From the NCBI GenBank assembly GCA_041690355.1, contig JAWLHK010000028.1, forward strand, positions 1 to 54,709: DNA of 54,709 nucleotides, read 5' to 3'. The stretch comes from a bacterium. GTDB taxonomy: Bacteria > J088 > JAWLBW01. Positions 12,032 to 21,751 of the stretch are shown piece by piece; within the stretch, counting starts at the first letter, position 1, and every line of letters begins with the position of its first letter. The translations under genes were made by a program, and so were the position numbers. The notes below the pieces were generated by a model. The model was given only the letters and a program-made list of their open reading frames with translations. It ran no database searches and was not told the DNA's origin.

Positions 12032-13143
12032 CCGGCCGTTCCGGTGCGCCCGGGTATGACGAGGGGACTCGCCAGCTGCTCGATGAGTTCACGCGCCTCG
12101 GCTTCGGGCATCTGCCGGGGCGGATGCTTCATGAAGTAGGCCGACGGCCCCTCGAGCGGCCCGGCGAGACCCCGCTCGCGCGCCACGGCGATACAGCGGA
12201 TGGCGTCGATGACGACCCCGGCAGAATTGGGGGAATCTTCAACGGAGAGTCGCGCCTCGATGTGAATGGGCACGTTACCCCAGCCGCGCCCCTCGATACG
12301 CAGAAAACAAACTTTGTTGTCGCCCTGCCAGGGGACGTAGTCCGAAGGCCCGATATGCACGTTCTGTTCGGCGAGCGGCTGGCGCAGCGCGCTCTGCACG
12401 GCCTCGGTCTTGGAAATCTTCTTGGTCTTCAGGCGGCGACGCTCGAGCATGTTGAGGAAGTCGGTGTTCCCCCCCGTGTTGAGCTGGTAGGTACGGTCCA
12501 GAAGGACGCCGCGCTCGTCGAAGAGCCGCGCCAGAATGCGGTGGACGATCGTGGCTCCCACCTGGCTCTTGATATCGTCGCCGATGACCGGAATGCCCGC
12601 CTCGGCAAAGCGCTGGGCGAAGGCCGGCTCGCTCACGATGAAGACGGGGATGCAGTTGATGAGACTGACCCCGGTCTTCAGGGCGCACTCGGCGTAGTAG
12701 CGCGCGGCCTGCTCGCTCCCCACCGGCAGATAGCAGATGAGAAGGTCGGCTTTGGTCTCTTCGAGCACCCGCGGCACGTCGCAGGGCTCGGCGTCGGCGA
12801 CCACGAAACGCCGCTCTTCGGGATAGTCGACCATGTGGTCTGCGACACCGTCGAGCACCGGCCCCATCTGGACAACGATCCCGCTGTCGCGCACGGGGCG
12901 CTGAATCGTCTTCGTGCAGTTCGGATGAGCGAAAATGGCCTCGGCGAGCGGGCGGCCGACTTTGCGGGCGTCGATGTCGAAAGCGGCGACGAACTCGATG
13001 TCTTCGACCCGGTAACCGCCGAGTTCCTCGTGCATCAGGCCGATGGGGGCCTCTTTACGATGGGTCCGGTAGTACTCATGCCCCTGCACCAGCGAACTCG
13101 CGCAGTTTCCTACGCCTGCAAGTGCAACTCTGATCTTCCCCAT
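12028..13143 (-). CDS. ino1: myo-inositol-1-phosphate synthase
   Basis: [45 protein letters not shown]. Confidence 0.96.
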   Translation of the reverse strand: MGKIRVALAGVGNCASSLVQGHEYYRTHRKEAPIGLMHEELGGYRVEDIEFVAAFDIDARKVGRPLAEAIFAHPNCTKTIQRPVRDSGIVVQMGPVLDGVADHMVDYPEERRFVVADAEPCDVPRVLEETKADLLICYLPVGSEQAARYYAECALKTGVSLINCIPVFIVSEPAFAQRFAEAGIPVIGDDIKSQVGATIVHRILARLFDERGVLLDRTYQLNTGGNTDFLNMLERRRLKTKKISKTEAVQSALRQPLAEQNVHIGPSDYVPWQGDNKVCFLRIEGRGWGNVPIHIEARLSVEDSPNSAGVVIDAIRCIAVARERGLAGPLEGPSAYFMKHPPRQMPEAEARELIEQLASPLVIPGRTGTAG

Positions 13144-13409
13144 GGATGCGCCCTCGTGTTGCCAGTTAATCCATATCTAGCATGCTTTACATGCCCGGGT
13201 CAAAGCATTTTCTCCGTCCGCGAACCGGGGGGTTGCCGTTCACGCAGCGAGCGTCCTGCCGCCGCCTGAAGCAGAGTTCGCCCCCGCTTGCTCAGATTAC
13301 AACAGTTTTTCACTCCGTGGGGAGGTGGGTAACGCAGGGCGGAGCGCTCGAGGCTTGTGAGAGTCTACGCGGCGATGGTACAAAAACGGGCCGCGCGTCG
13401 CCGTGTCCG

Positions 13410-14756
13410 ATGGGCGTGCGTCGCGTCCCAGTCACCGTTTTCCCCGGATCTCCACCCCCAGTGCCTGTTTTTTTCGCCCGTCAGCGCCGCCCCCTGCTCT
13501 TCTTGTTCATCCTGGTCCTGGCCAGTCTGCAGCAGACCGGCGAATCGCGCCAGGCCCTCGCCGGGTCCTTTTCGTGGCGGGCCCTGAACCTGGCCGAACC
13601 GCTGACGATCGAAGAAGAGCGCTCGCCGGCCGCGCAGGACATCGCGCGCCGCTTCAACCCCGCCATGGCTTTTCCGTCCCGCGACATCTGGCCGACCGAC
13701 GTGAGCTACAGCTGGCATGACGGTTCGCCCCTCATGGGGCGCATCGTGGCCGGAACCGGGCGGGTTCTGCGCGAGTTCGTGGCGCGCGCCCACAGTACCC
13801 TGCAGGATACGTCCTGGGCCGACCTGCCTCGCACCGACGCTTCCGGCAACCGCATCGAATACTATGTCGACGGGCCCGGCGACGACCGCGAAGAGGCCGG
13901 CCTGATGCGCTGGGTGCAGCGTTGGCGCGAGATTACCGGGACCGCGCCCGAAAGCGGGCCCGAAGCCGTGACCCAGACGGCCTATCCGCCGACCCAGTAC
14001 GCCCACCTGTACTGGGTCGATCGGAGCCGGGGTCTGCTGGGGGTGCAGTACTGGTTCTATTATCCCTTCGATCAGTGGATCAACAACCACGAAGGGGACT
14101 GGGAGCACATCAACGTGATCCTTCAGGGGCCCGACCGGCTCGCAGACGCGTCAGCCTTCACGCCCGTCGGTTACCAGTATTACTTTCACGAAACCATGTA
14201 TGAACCGCCCCGCGTCGTGCGCGTGGGAGGGCGGCGGCCCGACGGCGACCACGTCATGGTCTTTGCCGGGGGGCGCGGCGATTTCCTCTTCCGCAACGGC
14301 ATCTTCAGCGGCGGAAGCTATCCCCTGCCCGCCAACTATCCCGGCGCAGGGGGGATCTTCGGCATGCTGCGCGGACCCGACGACGACACGCGCGAGCCGG
14401 TACGCTACATCCACGCCGACGAGTTCCGCGTCGTCCTGCTGCCCGAGCCCGAGCGGCTCGATGCGGGCGAACGGCCCGAGCTTTCCTGGCTGCGCCTCCC
14501 CTTCTTCGCCGGGCAGCCCCGGGTCTACCATAACCTCTTCGTTCTCGACTGGCTCAAACGCAACAGCGCGCCGCCGCAGCCCGGCGAACGGCCCGACTGG
14601 AACGGCGGCACGCCGCAGGCGATCTGGACAGCCGCCGACGAGATCCGGGTCGCGCCCCTGCGCCTCCCCGAAGGCTGGCGCACGCTCGAACCGCGGCTCT
14701 TCAGACCTCCAGTCGTCGCAGCTTCTCGAAGATATCTTCGAGCAGCGTCGCGTTGA
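13410..14756 (+). CDS. secreted Vps62/NPP1-like domain protein (start uncertain; GTG 13461 possible)
   Basis: Signal-like RQRRPLLFLFILVLA..QALA; QYWFYYPFD and NHEGDWEH motifs. Confidence 0.6.
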   Translation: MGVRRVPVTVFPGSPPPVPVFFARQRRPLLFLFILVLASLQQTGESRQALAGSFSWRALNLAEPLTIEEERSPAAQDIARRFNPAMAFPSRDIWPTDVSYSWHDGSPLMGRIVAGTGRVLREFVARAHSTLQDTSWADLPRTDASGNRIEYYVDGPGDDREEAGLMRWVQRWREITGTAPESGPEAVTQTAYPPTQYAHLYWVDRSRGLLGVQYWFYYPFDQWINNHEGDWEHINVILQGPDRLADASAFTPVGYQYYFHETMYEPPRVVRVGGRRPDGDHVMVFAGGRGDFLFRNGIFSGGSYPLPANYPGAGGIFGMLRGPDDDTREPVRYIHADEFRVVLLPEPERLDAGERPELSWLRLPFFAGQPRVYHNLFVLDWLKRNSAPPQPGERPDWNGGTPQAIWTAADEIRVAPLRLPEGWRTLEPRLFRPPVVAASRRYLRAASR

Positions 14757-14913
14757 TGCCGCTCTGGCCGGGATTCTTGGCGAGCAGGTCGAGACGTTCG
14801 CGAACGGCCTGTTCCACGAAATGGCCGACTTTCAATCCGTGCGACTGACAGTACTGGCGCAGCGAGCGCAGCGTGCTTTCGTTCAGCCGGACACTAGTGA
14901 CGCGCGTTTTCAT
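14701..14913 (-). CDS. ribbon-helix-helix (CopG-like) DNA-binding protein
   Basis: TRVTSVRL beta strand + two helices with G turn (SHGLKVGHFVEQAV); AAGGAA RBS; 24 bp after ftsZ. Confidence 0.65.
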   Translation of the reverse strand: MKTRVTSVRLNESTLRSLRQYCQSHGLKVGHFVEQAVRERLDLLAKNPGQSGINATLLEDIFEKLRRLEV

Positions 14914-14937
14914 GATGCGTTCCTTCACTTCAAGCCG

Positions 14938-16182
14938 TTAATCGCGCTGTTTCCGGAGAAAAGCCGGGATATCGTACTCGTCCCAGCCGTCGTCGCCGGT
15001 TTTCCCCAAAGCTTCATGGCGCACCGGTTCGGGCAGCTGCAGATCGCGCTCCTGGCGCTTGTGGGCGGGCAGGTCCCGATCGCCGCCGAGCACCGGTCGC
15101 GACGGAGACGCCGCGCCGGCGCTTCCCATGCTGCCGCCCGTCTGCGTCGAGCCGCCCCAGGATGCGCGGCCGGTGGTGCCGGTGGCGCGCAGCGGCTGTG
15201 GCGCACGGATATCGACGCGCATCGACTGCGGATCGTCGAAGCCGGTGGCGATGACAGTACAGCGGACGCGATCCTGCAGGCCTTCGTCGAAGACGATGCC
15301 GTACTTGAAGAGCACGTCCTCATGCGCCTCTTCCTGCACGGTTTCGATGATGGTCTGGAACTCGTCCATGCCCAGCGTGCTCGGGGCCGTGATGTTGAGC
15401 AGCACGCCGCGGGCCCCCTTGATATCGACGTTGTCGAGCAGGGGCGAGCTGATGGCCGCCTCAGCCGCTTCGCGGGCACGGTGCTCACCGGTGGCCTCGC
15501 CGACCCCCATGAGAGCCAGGCCCTGATCGGTCATGACGGCGCGCACGTCGGCGAAGTCGACGTTGATCTGGCCGGGGACCTGAATGATGTCGCTGATACC
15601 CCGGACGGCCTGGAAGAGTACATTGTCGGCGAGCTGGAAGCTCTCCTTGAACGTCATCTTGTTGCCGCCGAACTGCAGCAGGCGATCGTTGGGAATGACG
15701 ATGAGACTGTCGACCGAATTGCGCAAGTGGCGCAGGCCCTCGTCGGCAAAGCTGCGGCGCTGCTTGCCTTCGAGCGTGAACGGGCGGGTAACGACACCCA
15801 CGGTCAGCGCCTTGACCTCGCGGGCCAGCTGGGCAATGACCGGCGCGGCTCCGGTCCCCGTACCCCCGCCCATGCCGGCGGTGACGAAGACCATGTCGCT
15901 CCCCTCGAGCATTTCCATGATCCGGTCGCGCTCTTCGATGGCAGCCTGGCGGCCGACCTCGGGATTTGACCCGGCGCCAAGACCCTTGGTAAGCGTGGGT
16001 CCGAGTTGCAGCTTCACGGGCGCCCGTGAGGCGCGCAAGGCCTGGGCATCGGTGTTGGCCGCGATGAAGTCGACCCCCTGAAGCTCGTAGGCGATCATCG
16101 TATTCAGCGCGTTGCCGCCGGCGCCCCCGACGCCGACGACCTTGATATTCGCGCGGTCAAGACTCTGGTCCAGTTCGTACAT
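14938..16182 (-). CDS. ftsZ: cell division protein FtsZ
   Basis: GGGTGTG tubulin signature; C-terminal DIPAFLRKQ. Confidence 0.99.
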   Translation of the reverse strand: MYELDQSLDRANIKVVGVGGAGGNALNTMIAYELQGVDFIAANTDAQALRASRAPVKLQLGPTLTKGLGAGSNPEVGRQAAIEERDRIMEMLEGSDMVFVTAGMGGGTGTGAAPVIAQLAREVKALTVGVVTRPFTLEGKQRRSFADEGLRHLRNSVDSLIVIPNDRLLQFGGNKMTFKESFQLADNVLFQAVRGISDIIQVPGQINVDFADVRAVMTDQGLALMGVGEATGEHRAREAAEAAISSPLLDNVDIKGARGVLLNITAPSTLGMDEFQTIIETVQEEAHEDVLFKYGIVFDEGLQDRVRCTVIATGFDDPQSMRVDIRAPQPLRATGTTGRASWGGSTQTGGSMGSAGAASPSRPVLGGDRDLPAHKRQERDLQLPEPVRHEALGKTGDDGWDEYDIPAFLRKQRD

Positions 16183-16287
16183 TGGCTTCTCCCCTCTCTC
16201 AAAGTTGTTCCCGGACGACGCACCGGGAAGGAAATGTTTGCTGCCCCCGCGGGCAATCCATGGCAGATCGAATTGCATGGAGCGACC

Positions 16288-17550
16288 TCACAATCCGAAG
16301 AATTCCGTAAACCATCCGCGCATACGCTTGATGAGCCGATCGTAGATCTGCTCGTCGCGGATCTTGAACTTGCCCTGCCCATTGCTCTTGCCCCCGCCGC
16401 GTCCGATCTCCTGGCGGGCTCCATACAGCACAAGCCCCACCGCGGTCGCATACATCGGGCTGCTGACGACATCGCGCAGGCCGCCGATGTACTGGGGAAG
16501 GCCGCGGCGTACCGGCAGGCCGAGAATCTGCTCGGCCAGCTCGGGAAAGCCGTCGAGAATGCTGGCGCCGCCGGTGATGACGACACCGCCTGCCAGCAGG
16601 TCGCCATAGCCGCTGTTGAGAATCTCGCGGCGCACCAGTTCGACGATCTCCTCGATGCGCGGCTCGATGAACTCGGCCAGCATGGCCCGCGGCAGCTTCT
16701 TGGGCTCGCGGCCGGCCACGTTGGGCACCTCGATCTCTTCGTCCTTCTTCACGAGGGCGCTCATGGCGCAACCGTATTTGTGCTTGATCTTGTCGGCCTC
16801 GTTCGTCGGCGTGCGCAACCCCACGGCGATGTCGTTGGTGACGTGATTGCCGCCGACCGAGATGACGCTCGTATACTTGATGCTGCCGTTGTGGAAGATG
16901 GCCAGGTCGGTCGTGCCGCCGCCGATGTCGATGAGCGCCACGCCGAGTTCCCGCTCGTCCGGCGTCAGCACGGCTTCGGAGCTGGCCAGGGGCTCGAGCA
17001 CGATATCGGCGACGTCGAGGCCGCCCCGGTTGGCGCACTTGACGATGTTCTGCGCGCTCGTAACCGCGCCGGTGACGATGTGCACCTTGGCTTCGAGGCG
17101 CACGCCGCTCATCCCCAGCGGCTCCTTGATGCCGTCCTGGTTGTCGATGATGAATTCCTGCGGAATGATGTGAATCACCTCGCGGTCCATCGGGATGGCC
17201 ACGGCGCACGCGGCGTCGATGACCCGCTTGACGTCGTTTTCATTCACCTCGCCGTTCTTGACGGCGATCACGCCGTGGCTGTTCAGGCCGCGGATGTGGC
17301 CGCCGGCGATGCCGGCATAGACTTCGCGAATTTCACGGCCGCTCATGATCTCGGCCTCTTCAACGGCCTTCTTGATGGACTGCACGGTCGACTCGATGTT
17401 GACGACGACCCCCTTGCGCAGCCCCTTTGACGAACTCGTTCCGATGCCGATGATGTCGATGCCGTCATCCGTGATCTCGCCGACGATGGCGCAGATCTTG
17501 GTGGTGCCGATGTCCAGCCCGACGACGATACTCGAATCTCTCTTTGCCAT
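16288..17550 (-). CDS. ftsA: cell division protein FtsA
   Basis: VGLDIGTTKI, DIGGGTTD, C-terminal amphipathic helix. Confidence 0.98.
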   Translation of the reverse strand: MAKRDSSIVVGLDIGTTKICAIVGEITDDGIDIIGIGTSSSKGLRKGVVVNIESTVQSIKKAVEEAEIMSGREIREVYAGIAGGHIRGLNSHGVIAVKNGEVNENDVKRVIDAACAVAIPMDREVIHIIPQEFIIDNQDGIKEPLGMSGVRLEAKVHIVTGAVTSAQNIVKCANRGGLDVADIVLEPLASSEAVLTPDERELGVALIDIGGGTTDLAIFHNGSIKYTSVISVGGNHVTNDIAVGLRTPTNEADKIKHKYGCAMSALVKKDEEIEVPNVAGREPKKLPRAMLAEFIEPRIEEIVELVRREILNSGYGDLLAGGVVITGGASILDGFPELAEQILGLPVRRGLPQYIGGLRDVVSSPMYATAVGLVLYGARQEIGRGGGKSNGQGKFKIRDEQIYDRLIKRMRGWFTEFFGL

Positions 17551-17609
17551 AACCTGTCTCCGTCCGGCGCAAGCCGACACTCGCGTGTCCGCCGCGCACC
17601 GGTCTATAC

Positions 17610-18395
17610 CTACGTTTTTCTCCTGGCGACGACCCTGTCGGGAAAAAGCAGATCCACGACGTTCAAACTGACCCCGAGCCTGCCCGCTTCGCGCAGCACA
17701 CGCTGCAGCCGCTCCCGGGCCATCGGCCAGGCTTCCGGCGCCAGGGGCAGGTGAATGCGCATGCCCTTGCCCACCGGATAGAGGACGACCTCGTTGTCCG
17801 AGACGAAATGCAGCTCGCCGATGCGCACCGGCGACGTTGCGCCGTCCCAGTACCCCGCGAAGCGCGCCAGGGCGCGCAGGCGCTCGGTGGCCTGCGTAGC
17901 GGGCTTCGGCGAGATGCCGGTCACGACGGGCAGGTCGACTTCGGCGCCGGCAGGCTCGACCCACACCCCGTCCCGGTCCACGACGTAAAGCGCATCGGCC
18001 AGATGCAGCAGCGCCGGCTCGCGCTCGGTCAGACGGATGTGAAGCCCGTGCGGATATTTCCGCTCGACCTCGACATCCTTCACCCAGGGGTGCTTCGCGA
18101 TGCGCGCCTCGACCACGTCTTCGTCAATCCAGCTGAGCGGCATGCCCGGACGCAGCTGGAGGTACTGATTCAGCTCGGACCCCACGCGCCGGGCGCCGTG
18201 CACGGCGATCTCGCGCAGCTCGATAGCCCCCGAGGCCAGCAGTTGCCGGTAGGCGAACCAGCACCCGCCCGCCACGGCCGCGATGACCAGCGTCAGGCAC
18301 GAGGCCCAGAAGGCCTGCTGCAGCCAGACGCGCAGGGCCGGTGACGGCGCGCGTCTTCTTGCCGCCGAGCGGTATCGTACGTTACGGGGCTTCAC
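17610..18395 (-). CDS. ftsQ: cell division protein FtsQ/DivIB
   Basis: TM + POTRA (HPWVKDVEVERKYPHGLHIRLTEREP); position between ddl and ftsA. Confidence 0.88.
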   Translation of the reverse strand: MKPRNVRYRSAARRRAPSPALRVWLQQAFWASCLTLVIAAVAGGCWFAYRQLLASGAIELREIAVHGARRVGSELNQYLQLRPGMPLSWIDEDVVEARIAKHPWVKDVEVERKYPHGLHIRLTEREPALLHLADALYVVDRDGVWVEPAGAEVDLPVVTGISPKPATQATERLRALARFAGYWDGATSPVRIGELHFVSDNEVVLYPVGKGMRIHLPLAPEAWPMARERLQRVLREAGRLGVSLNVVDLLFPDRVVARRKT

Positions 18396-19315
18396 AGCTT
18401 CAGACGCGCTCCGGCCACGAGATTCTCGACGAGCTGCTCGAACGGGATGCCGGCCGAGGCCGCTATTTTCGGCATCAGACTGAGTTCCGTCATCCCCGGC
18501 AGCGTATTCACCTCGAGCAGATACGGCGTGCCGTCGGCCGCGAGGATGAAATCGACGCGCACGGCCCCTTCGCATCCCAGGGCCGCCGTCACCTTCTGTG
18601 AAATCCCCGCCATCCGTTCGTAGGCCCCGGCCGGAAGCTCAGGAGACGGTACGTACGTGGTCTTTCCGGCCGTATACTTCGCTTCGTAGTCGTAGAATTC
18701 GTTCGAGGGAATGACCTCGATGGATCCGAGCACGCGGTCGTCAAGCAAGGCGATCTGAATTTCGCGCCCCTTGATATAGGCCTCGACGAGCGCATCGCCG
18801 TCCCATTCGAAAGCCGCATCGAGCGCGGTGCGCAATTCGGGTTCGCTTTTCACGAGGCTCACGCCGACGCTCGAGCCCTCGGCGCGGGGCTTCACCACGA
18901 CCGGATAACCCAGCGTCCGCACCTGTTCGGCCGCGGCGTCAATCGCATCCCAGCGCACAAGCTTCCACGGGGCCACCGGAGCGTCCTCCCGCTCGAAGAC
19001 CCGCTTGGAGTGCACCTTGTCCATGGCGAGGGCGCTCGAAAGCACCCCAGAGCCGGTGTATGGAATGCGCTTGAGCTCGAGAAGCCCCTGAATGGTGCCG
19101 TCCTCACCATACTTACCGTGCAGCGCGATGAAGGCGACATCGGGGCGCGCCGCGTCGAGCCGTTCGGCGATGTCTTCGCCGACGTCGAGCTCAGTCACCC
19201 GGTATCCGAGTTTTCGCAGCGCCCCCGCCACGGCGGCGCCCGAACGGAGGCTCACCTCCCGTTCACTGCTCGGGCCGCCCAGAAGAACGGCGACGTGGTA
19301 CTCATTCGTCGGCAT
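18392..19315 (-). CDS. ddl: D-Ala-D-Ala ligase
   Basis: GGPSSEREVSLRSG, LHGKYGEDG, EVNTLPGMT. Confidence 0.98.
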   Translation of the reverse strand: MPTNEYHVAVLLGGPSSEREVSLRSGAAVAGALRKLGYRVTELDVGEDIAERLDAARPDVAFIALHGKYGEDGTIQGLLELKRIPYTGSGVLSSALAMDKVHSKRVFEREDAPVAPWKLVRWDAIDAAAEQVRTLGYPVVVKPRAEGSSVGVSLVKSEPELRTALDAAFEWDGDALVEAYIKGREIQIALLDDRVLGSIEVIPSNEFYDYEAKYTAGKTTYVPSPELPAGAYERMAGISQKVTAALGCEGAVRVDFILAADGTPYLLEVNTLPGMTELSLMPKIAASAGIPFEQLVENLVAGARLKL

Positions 19316-20375
19316 GCACTACCTCCTCCCGCTCGGCGGGAGCCATGGGGCTGTCGGCATCGACGCCGAGAATCTTCACCTCGAGATCGAGGGCAATCTG
19401 ACTGTCGTCCTTCACCTTCTCCTTCATCATCTTGATGAGCGCGAGCACGTCGCGCGCCGTGGCGCCGCCGACGTTGACGATGAAGTTGGCGTGGACTTCT
19501 GAAATCTGGGCGCCGCGCACGCGCACCCCCTTGAGACCGGCGTGCTCGATGAGCCTTCCGGCCGATTCGCCGGGCGGATTGCGAAAGATCGAGCCGGCGT
19601 TCGGAAGCGTCAGCGGCTGCGTATCGCGCCGGCGCTTGATGGCGTCTGCCGTCTCTTTCTGGAGCTTGCGCGGATCGCCCGCCGGCAGGCGCAGGACGAC
19701 GCCGGCGATGACCTCGTCTTTGCCCAGGTGGCTCTCGCGGTACTCGAACTTGAGCTTGTCCTTTTCGATCCGCTTCTTGCGGCCGCCCAGGGTGACGACG
19801 TCTACGGCGGTGATGTAGCTGCCGATATACTCGCTCGCCGAGCCGGCGTTCATGCGCACCGCGCCGCCCACCGTGCCCGGAACGCCCGCGCAGGATACGA
19901 GTCCGCGCAGCCCGTTCACGTTGCACCACTTGACCAGCTTGGGAAGCGGATAGCCGGCGCCGACATGGACTTCGGCCCCGTTCGGATACGCCTGGCTGCC
20001 CTCCAGCGCCGTCGCTTCGTACGGGTCGTCTGACAGCGTCTCGGCTTCGATGACCGTCGCCTGCTCTCCGAGCGGCGTTACTTCGAACCCATTGAACCCC
20101 TTGCGCAGCGAAAGCACGAGTCCCGGAATGCCGCCGTCCTTCACGAGTACGTTGGCCCCGGTACCGAGCACCGTGATGGGCAGCTTATCCGGTTTCGCCG
20201 TGCGCAGCAGGGCGGCCAGCTCGTCTTCGGTCCGGGGAAAAGCAAGCAGTTGGGCCGGACCGCCAATGCGAAAGGTCGTCATGCCGGCAAGCGGCGCGTT
20301 CGGCACAATCGGTTCCTCGAGCGCGGCCTGCAGCGCTTCGAGCATGACGGGGGTGATTTCGATCGCTTCCTTCAT
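19302..20375 (-). CDS. murB: UDP-N-acetylenolpyruvoylglucosamine reductase
   Basis: TTFRIGGPA, PGTVGGAVRMNAG, NAGSIFRNP, HANFIVN. Confidence 0.96.
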   Translation of the reverse strand: MKEAIEITPVMLEALQAALEEPIVPNAPLAGMTTFRIGGPAQLLAFPRTEDELAALLRTAKPDKLPITVLGTGANVLVKDGGIPGLVLSLRKGFNGFEVTPLGEQATVIEAETLSDDPYEATALEGSQAYPNGAEVHVGAGYPLPKLVKWCNVNGLRGLVSCAGVPGTVGGAVRMNAGSASEYIGSYITAVDVVTLGGRKKRIEKDKLKFEYRESHLGKDEVIAGVVLRLPAGDPRKLQKETADAIKRRRDTQPLTLPNAGSIFRNPPGESAGRLIEHAGLKGVRVRGAQISEVHANFIVNVGGATARDVLALIKMMKEKVKDDSQIALDLEVKILGVDADSPMAPAEREEVVHADE

Positions 20376-21751
20376 GATTTGCTCCCTGCCCGTACGGCGA
20401 GCAGCCTTTCTCCCACCTGCCAGACGTCGCCGGCGCCGAGCGTCAGCACCACGTCGCCGGGACGTACGATCTCCTGCAGCGCGGCCAGGGCGTCGTCTTT
20501 CGAACCCACGTACCGCGTCTCGCGATGCCCGTGCGCGTGCACCGAGTCGGCCAGCGTTTTACCCGAGGCCCCTTCGATCGGCGGCTCGCCGGCCGCGTAG
20601 ATGTCGAGCAGCAGAAGTACGTCGGCGTCGTAGAAGGCCGTGGTGAACTGCTCGAAAAGGTCGCGGGTGCGCGTATAGCGATGGGGCTGAAAGACGGTAA
20701 TCAAGCGCCGGTCGAGCGCGTTACGCGCCGCCTTGAGGGTCGCGCGGATCTCGGTCGGATGATGCCCGTAGTCGTCGATGATCGTCAGCTCGGGGGTGTC
20801 GAGTTTCACCTCGAAGCGCCGTTCGATTCCCGCCAGTTCGCCGAGCGCAGCGCTGATCTGCTCGAAGGGAATATCGAGTTCGCGTCCGGCGGCCACCGCG
20901 GCGAGCGCATTCGAGACGTTGTGCTCGCCTACCATACGCAGCCGCACCGAACCGAGCGGCGTGTCGCGGTGCCAGGCTTCAAAAGTCGTAACCATGCCGT
21001 CGAACTGTACGTTCTTCGCATGAAAGTCGGCCCCCTTGGCGAAGCCGTAGGTCACGAGGCGCTTGTTGATGCGCGGCAGCAGGCTCTGGATGTTCGCATC
21101 GTCGAGGCAGCAGACCGTGGCGCCGTAGAACGGCACCTTGTTCATGAAGTCGACGAAGGCCTGCTTGATGTTGTCGAGACTCCCATAGTAGTCGAGATGT
21201 TCGGGATCGATGTTCGTGACGACGGCAATGGTCGGGCTGAGATGGAGAAAGCTGCCGTCGCTTTCGTCTGCCTCGGCGACCATGTACTCTCCAAGGCCGA
21301 GCTTGGCGTTGCTGCCGAAGTTCTTGAGCCGGCCCCCGATGATGGCTGTCGGATCGAGCCCGCCCTGCGCAAGAACCACCGCGAGCATGCTCGTGGTCGT
21401 GGTCTTGCCGTGGGCGCCCGCGACGGCGACGGTATACTTGAGACGGGCCAGCTCGGCCAGCATCTCGGCGCGCCGGATGACCGGGATGGCCAGGCGCACG
21501 GCGGCTTCGACCTCGGGGTTCGACTTGTGTACGGCGCTCGAAGTGACCACCACGTCGGCCCCTTCGACGTTGTCGGCCCGGTGGCCATAGGTGATGCGCG
21601 CGCCGAGCGACTCGAGGCGCTGGCTGATCACCGAGGACTTGAGATCGGAGCCGCTGACCCGGTAGCCGAGGTTGAGCAGCACCTCGGCGATGCCGCTCAT
21701 GCCGATGCCGCCGATTCCGACGAAGTGCAGGTGACGAATCTTCTTAAACAT
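20372..21751 (-). CDS. murC: UDP-MurNAc-L-alanine ligase
   Basis: GIGGIGMSG, GAHGKTTT, EADESD, DDYGHHPTE. Confidence 0.98.
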   Translation of the reverse strand: MFKKIRHLHFVGIGGIGMSGIAEVLLNLGYRVSGSDLKSSVISQRLESLGARITYGHRADNVEGADVVVTSSAVHKSNPEVEAAVRLAIPVIRRAEMLAELARLKYTVAVAGAHGKTTTTSMLAVVLAQGGLDPTAIIGGRLKNFGSNAKLGLGEYMVAEADESDGSFLHLSPTIAVVTNIDPEHLDYYGSLDNIKQAFVDFMNKVPFYGATVCCLDDANIQSLLPRINKRLVTYGFAKGADFHAKNVQFDGMVTTFEAWHRDTPLGSVRLRMVGEHNVSNALAAVAAGRELDIPFEQISAALGELAGIERRFEVKLDTPELTIIDDYGHHPTEIRATLKAARNALDRRLITVFQPHRYTRTRDLFEQFTTAFYDADVLLLLDIYAAGEPPIEGASGKTLADSVHAHGHRETRYVGSKDDALAALQEIVRPGDVVLTLGAGDVWQVGERLLAVRAGSKS

